Assembly: GCA_965224465.1 (NCBI GenBank)
Contig: OZ245049.1
Location: 4,020,001 to 4,052,000 of the forward strand
DNA length: 32,000 nucleotides
Origin: Flavobacteriaceae bacterium
Lineage (GTDB): Bacteria > Bacteroidota > Bacteroidia > Flavobacteriales > Flavobacteriaceae
Reading direction: 5' to 3'
Shown in pieces: positions 30,901 through 32,000 of this stretch. A program made the translations under genes and the position numbers. The notes under the pieces were generated by a model. It saw only the letters and a program-made list of their open reading frames with translations, was not told where the DNA came from and ran no database searches. How positions within the stretch are numbered: the first letter of the stretch is position 1; each line of letters opens with the position of its first letter.

Positions 30901-30930
30901 GATTCAGAAAATATTAAATACACGAAATAA
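18910..30930 (+). CDS. Giant (4006 aa) modular cell-surface protein / putative adhesin: TSP3-like Ca-binding repeats, discoidin-like modules, SprB-type repeats
   Basis: Uninterrupted 12 kb ORF. The N-terminal hydrophobic signal-like segment is [15 protein letters not shown]. There are more than 12 aspartate-rich DxDxDGxxDxxD motifs (for example [22 protein letters not shown]). Four modules with [11 protein letters not shown]...[10 protein letters not shown] resemble F5/8 type C domains. About 13 repeats of ~85 aa follow the SprB pattern C.G...G.I.....GGT..Y.Y.W....G.Y.V.V.D.NGC. Confidence 0.9.
   Translation: [4006 protein letters not shown]
20953..24160 (+). repeat. Tandem array of about 3.9 x 813 bp (271 aa) inside the giant ORF
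   Basis: Units start at 20953, 21766, 22579 and 23392. Shadow ORFs at 21171, 21984, 22797 and 23610 are spaced exactly 813 bp apart. Units 2 and 3 differ at only a few bases. Confidence 0.95.
24895..26046 (+). repeat. Two copies of a ~320-bp linker module spaced 831 bp apart inside the giant ORF
   Basis: 24895-25215 and 25726-26046 both encode C(S/E)[66 protein letters not shown]...[21 protein letters not shown]. The first ~200 bp are almost identical. Confidence 0.9.
27733..30225 (+). repeat. Direct tandem duplication, 2 x 1278 bp (426 aa = five SprB-type repeats each)
   Basis: Copy 1 spans 27733-29010 and copy 2 spans 29011-30225+. After the first ~200 bp I see only a few scattered single-base differences. 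Shadow ORFs at 27735 and 29013 are offset by 1278 bp. Confidence 0.95.
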
Positions 30931-30937
30931 TTTTATT

Positions 30938-32000
30938 ATGAAAAAGAATATCATTTTATTGATTTTTGGAATATGCTTAAGCGCAATATCTGGGTTTGCT
31001 CAGGATGCAGTTATTCAGATTTCTGACGGATCATTATCTCCAGATCCTTTGGCTACGGTTGAAGAAGGAGGGACGGGGGTAATTAAGTTTAGTTGGGTTG
31101 AAACAGGAGGGTATAAACCAATACCTCCTAATGTAGGAACCTTGGTAAATGTAACAATGAGTCTAGAGATGCAAAATCTAGAATTGACAGATTTGGATGT
31201 TAGTAAAATTACAGGTACCGGCTTAGCGTATTTCAGACCTGTCTATTTTGATTATGGAAATTCAAAAGGAATCCTTTTTGAGCAAATTAAAGAAATTCCC
31301 CCTTTTGGGTATGGGACATTTGAAATCCCATTCACGGTTATTGGGAATTCTATAAAAGGAGAGAATGAAAATGGTTTTACTGCCAATATTCAGGCTGTTG
31401 GAAATGTTACTGCAAATGGTTATACAGGTGCATATACATATACCTTATGTAAACCTGTATTGTTGTCAGTAGGTAATATAACGTGTAATGCACAAGGATA
31501 TAATGTTGGGTTTACTACCGATGCTTCTTCTGTATCAGTAGTTGAAGGTGTTGGAACTGTGAATTTATCTGAAGGAACAATTACAGGGATTCCCTTAGGA
31601 AAAGACATCACCGTAAAAGCAACCAATGCAGGAGGCTGTAGTACTTTAATAGAAGTAAAAGGGCCTTTAACCTGCCCTGATTCTTGTGTACAACCGAATT
31701 TAATTATTGGACAACCTGTGTGTGCTCCATCAGATAGTTATAAAGTTATTTTAAGTGAGACCACAGGAGCTACTTTAAGCACAAGTGCAGGTTCTATTGT
31801 AAATAATATATTAATAGTACCTATTGCAAGTAGTCAAGTAACAATCACTGCCACCAATGGTGCTTGTGTACAATCATTAACAGTGTTCGCTCCTGTAGAT
31901 TGTAGCACAGCTTGTGCTGAACCTGGATTTTCTTTGGCAGGAATTGACTGTGCTACGGATATGAGCGGTGATTATGTAATTAATTTTACGGTTGCAGAAG
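30938..32000 (+). CDS. Secreted Cys-rich repeat protein of unknown function, 5' part (runs off the window)
   Basis: Not in the ORF track because it has no stop in the window. I translated 30938-32000 by hand and found no stop in 354 codons. It starts MKKNIILLIFGICLSAISGFAQD (signal peptide). About 76-aa Cys-bracketed units begin near 31448. The ATG lies 7 nt after the giant ORF stop. Confidence 0.8.
   Translation, partial: MKKNIILLIFGICLSAISGFAQDAVIQISDGSLSPDPLATVEEGGTGVIKFSWVETGGYKPIPPNVGTLVNVTMSLEMQNLELTDLDVSKITGTGLAYFRPVYFDYGNSKGILFEQIKEIPPFGYGTFEIPFTVIGNSIKGENENGFTANIQAVGNVTANGYTGAYTYTLCKPVLLSVGNITCNAQGYNVGFTTDASSVSVVEGVGTVNLSEGTITGIPLGKDITVKATNAGGCSTLIEVKGPLTCPDSCVQPNLIIGQPVCAPSDSYKVILSETTGATLSTSAGSIVNNILIVPIASSQVTITATNGACVQSLTVFAPVDCSTACAEPGFSLAGIDCATDMSGDYVINFTVAE

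Noticed and set aside
19391-31626. Short ORFs in alternative frames or antisense inside the giant gene and the downstream gene. These include the periodic 75-76-aa sets at 21171/21984/22797/23610 and 27735/29013.
   Set aside because: Their periodicity simply mirrors the 813-bp and 1278-bp repeats of the main frame. They are useful as repeat markers only and are not genes.

Overview
AT-rich window with Bacteroidota/Flavobacteriia hallmarks: TAnnTTTG-type promoters, no Shine-Dalgarno sequences, a split MetH and SprB-type repeats. All real genes are on the + strand, and the minus-strand ORFs in the track look like shadows. Positions 1-16400 form one co-directional sulfur supercluster. In order it holds the hom 3' end, metZ-like sulfhydrylase, DUF2061, cysH, cysD, cysN, ferredoxin-type sulfite reductase, cobA (SUMT), sirC-like siroheme synthase, cysE and cysM. 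A SAM-I riboswitch follows, then a two-gene split metH, metF and trxA with a clean terminator. After that come a lone DUF58 gene and two identical tRNA-Asp transcription units. A 12 kb gene (18910-30930) then encodes a 4006-aa modular surface protein, and a second secreted Cys-rich repeat protein starts 7 nt later and runs off the window. I found no transposase, integrase, CRISPR array or recognisable defence genes. Three things look least explained. First, a dispersed 100-200 bp intergenic repeat family sits at four loci, always on the + strand and twice inside operons, and three copies keep an intact 28-codon ORF. Second, the giant protein alternates Ca-binding TSP3-like linkers with unrelated beta-sandwich-like modules. 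It contains near-perfect 813-bp x4 and 1278-bp x2 tandem repeats and has no visible T9SS C-terminal sorting domain. Third, several small structured or G-rich intergenic patches remain unexplained. Nothing here amounts to a clearly novel multi-gene system, and all family assignments rest on motif recognition by eye.
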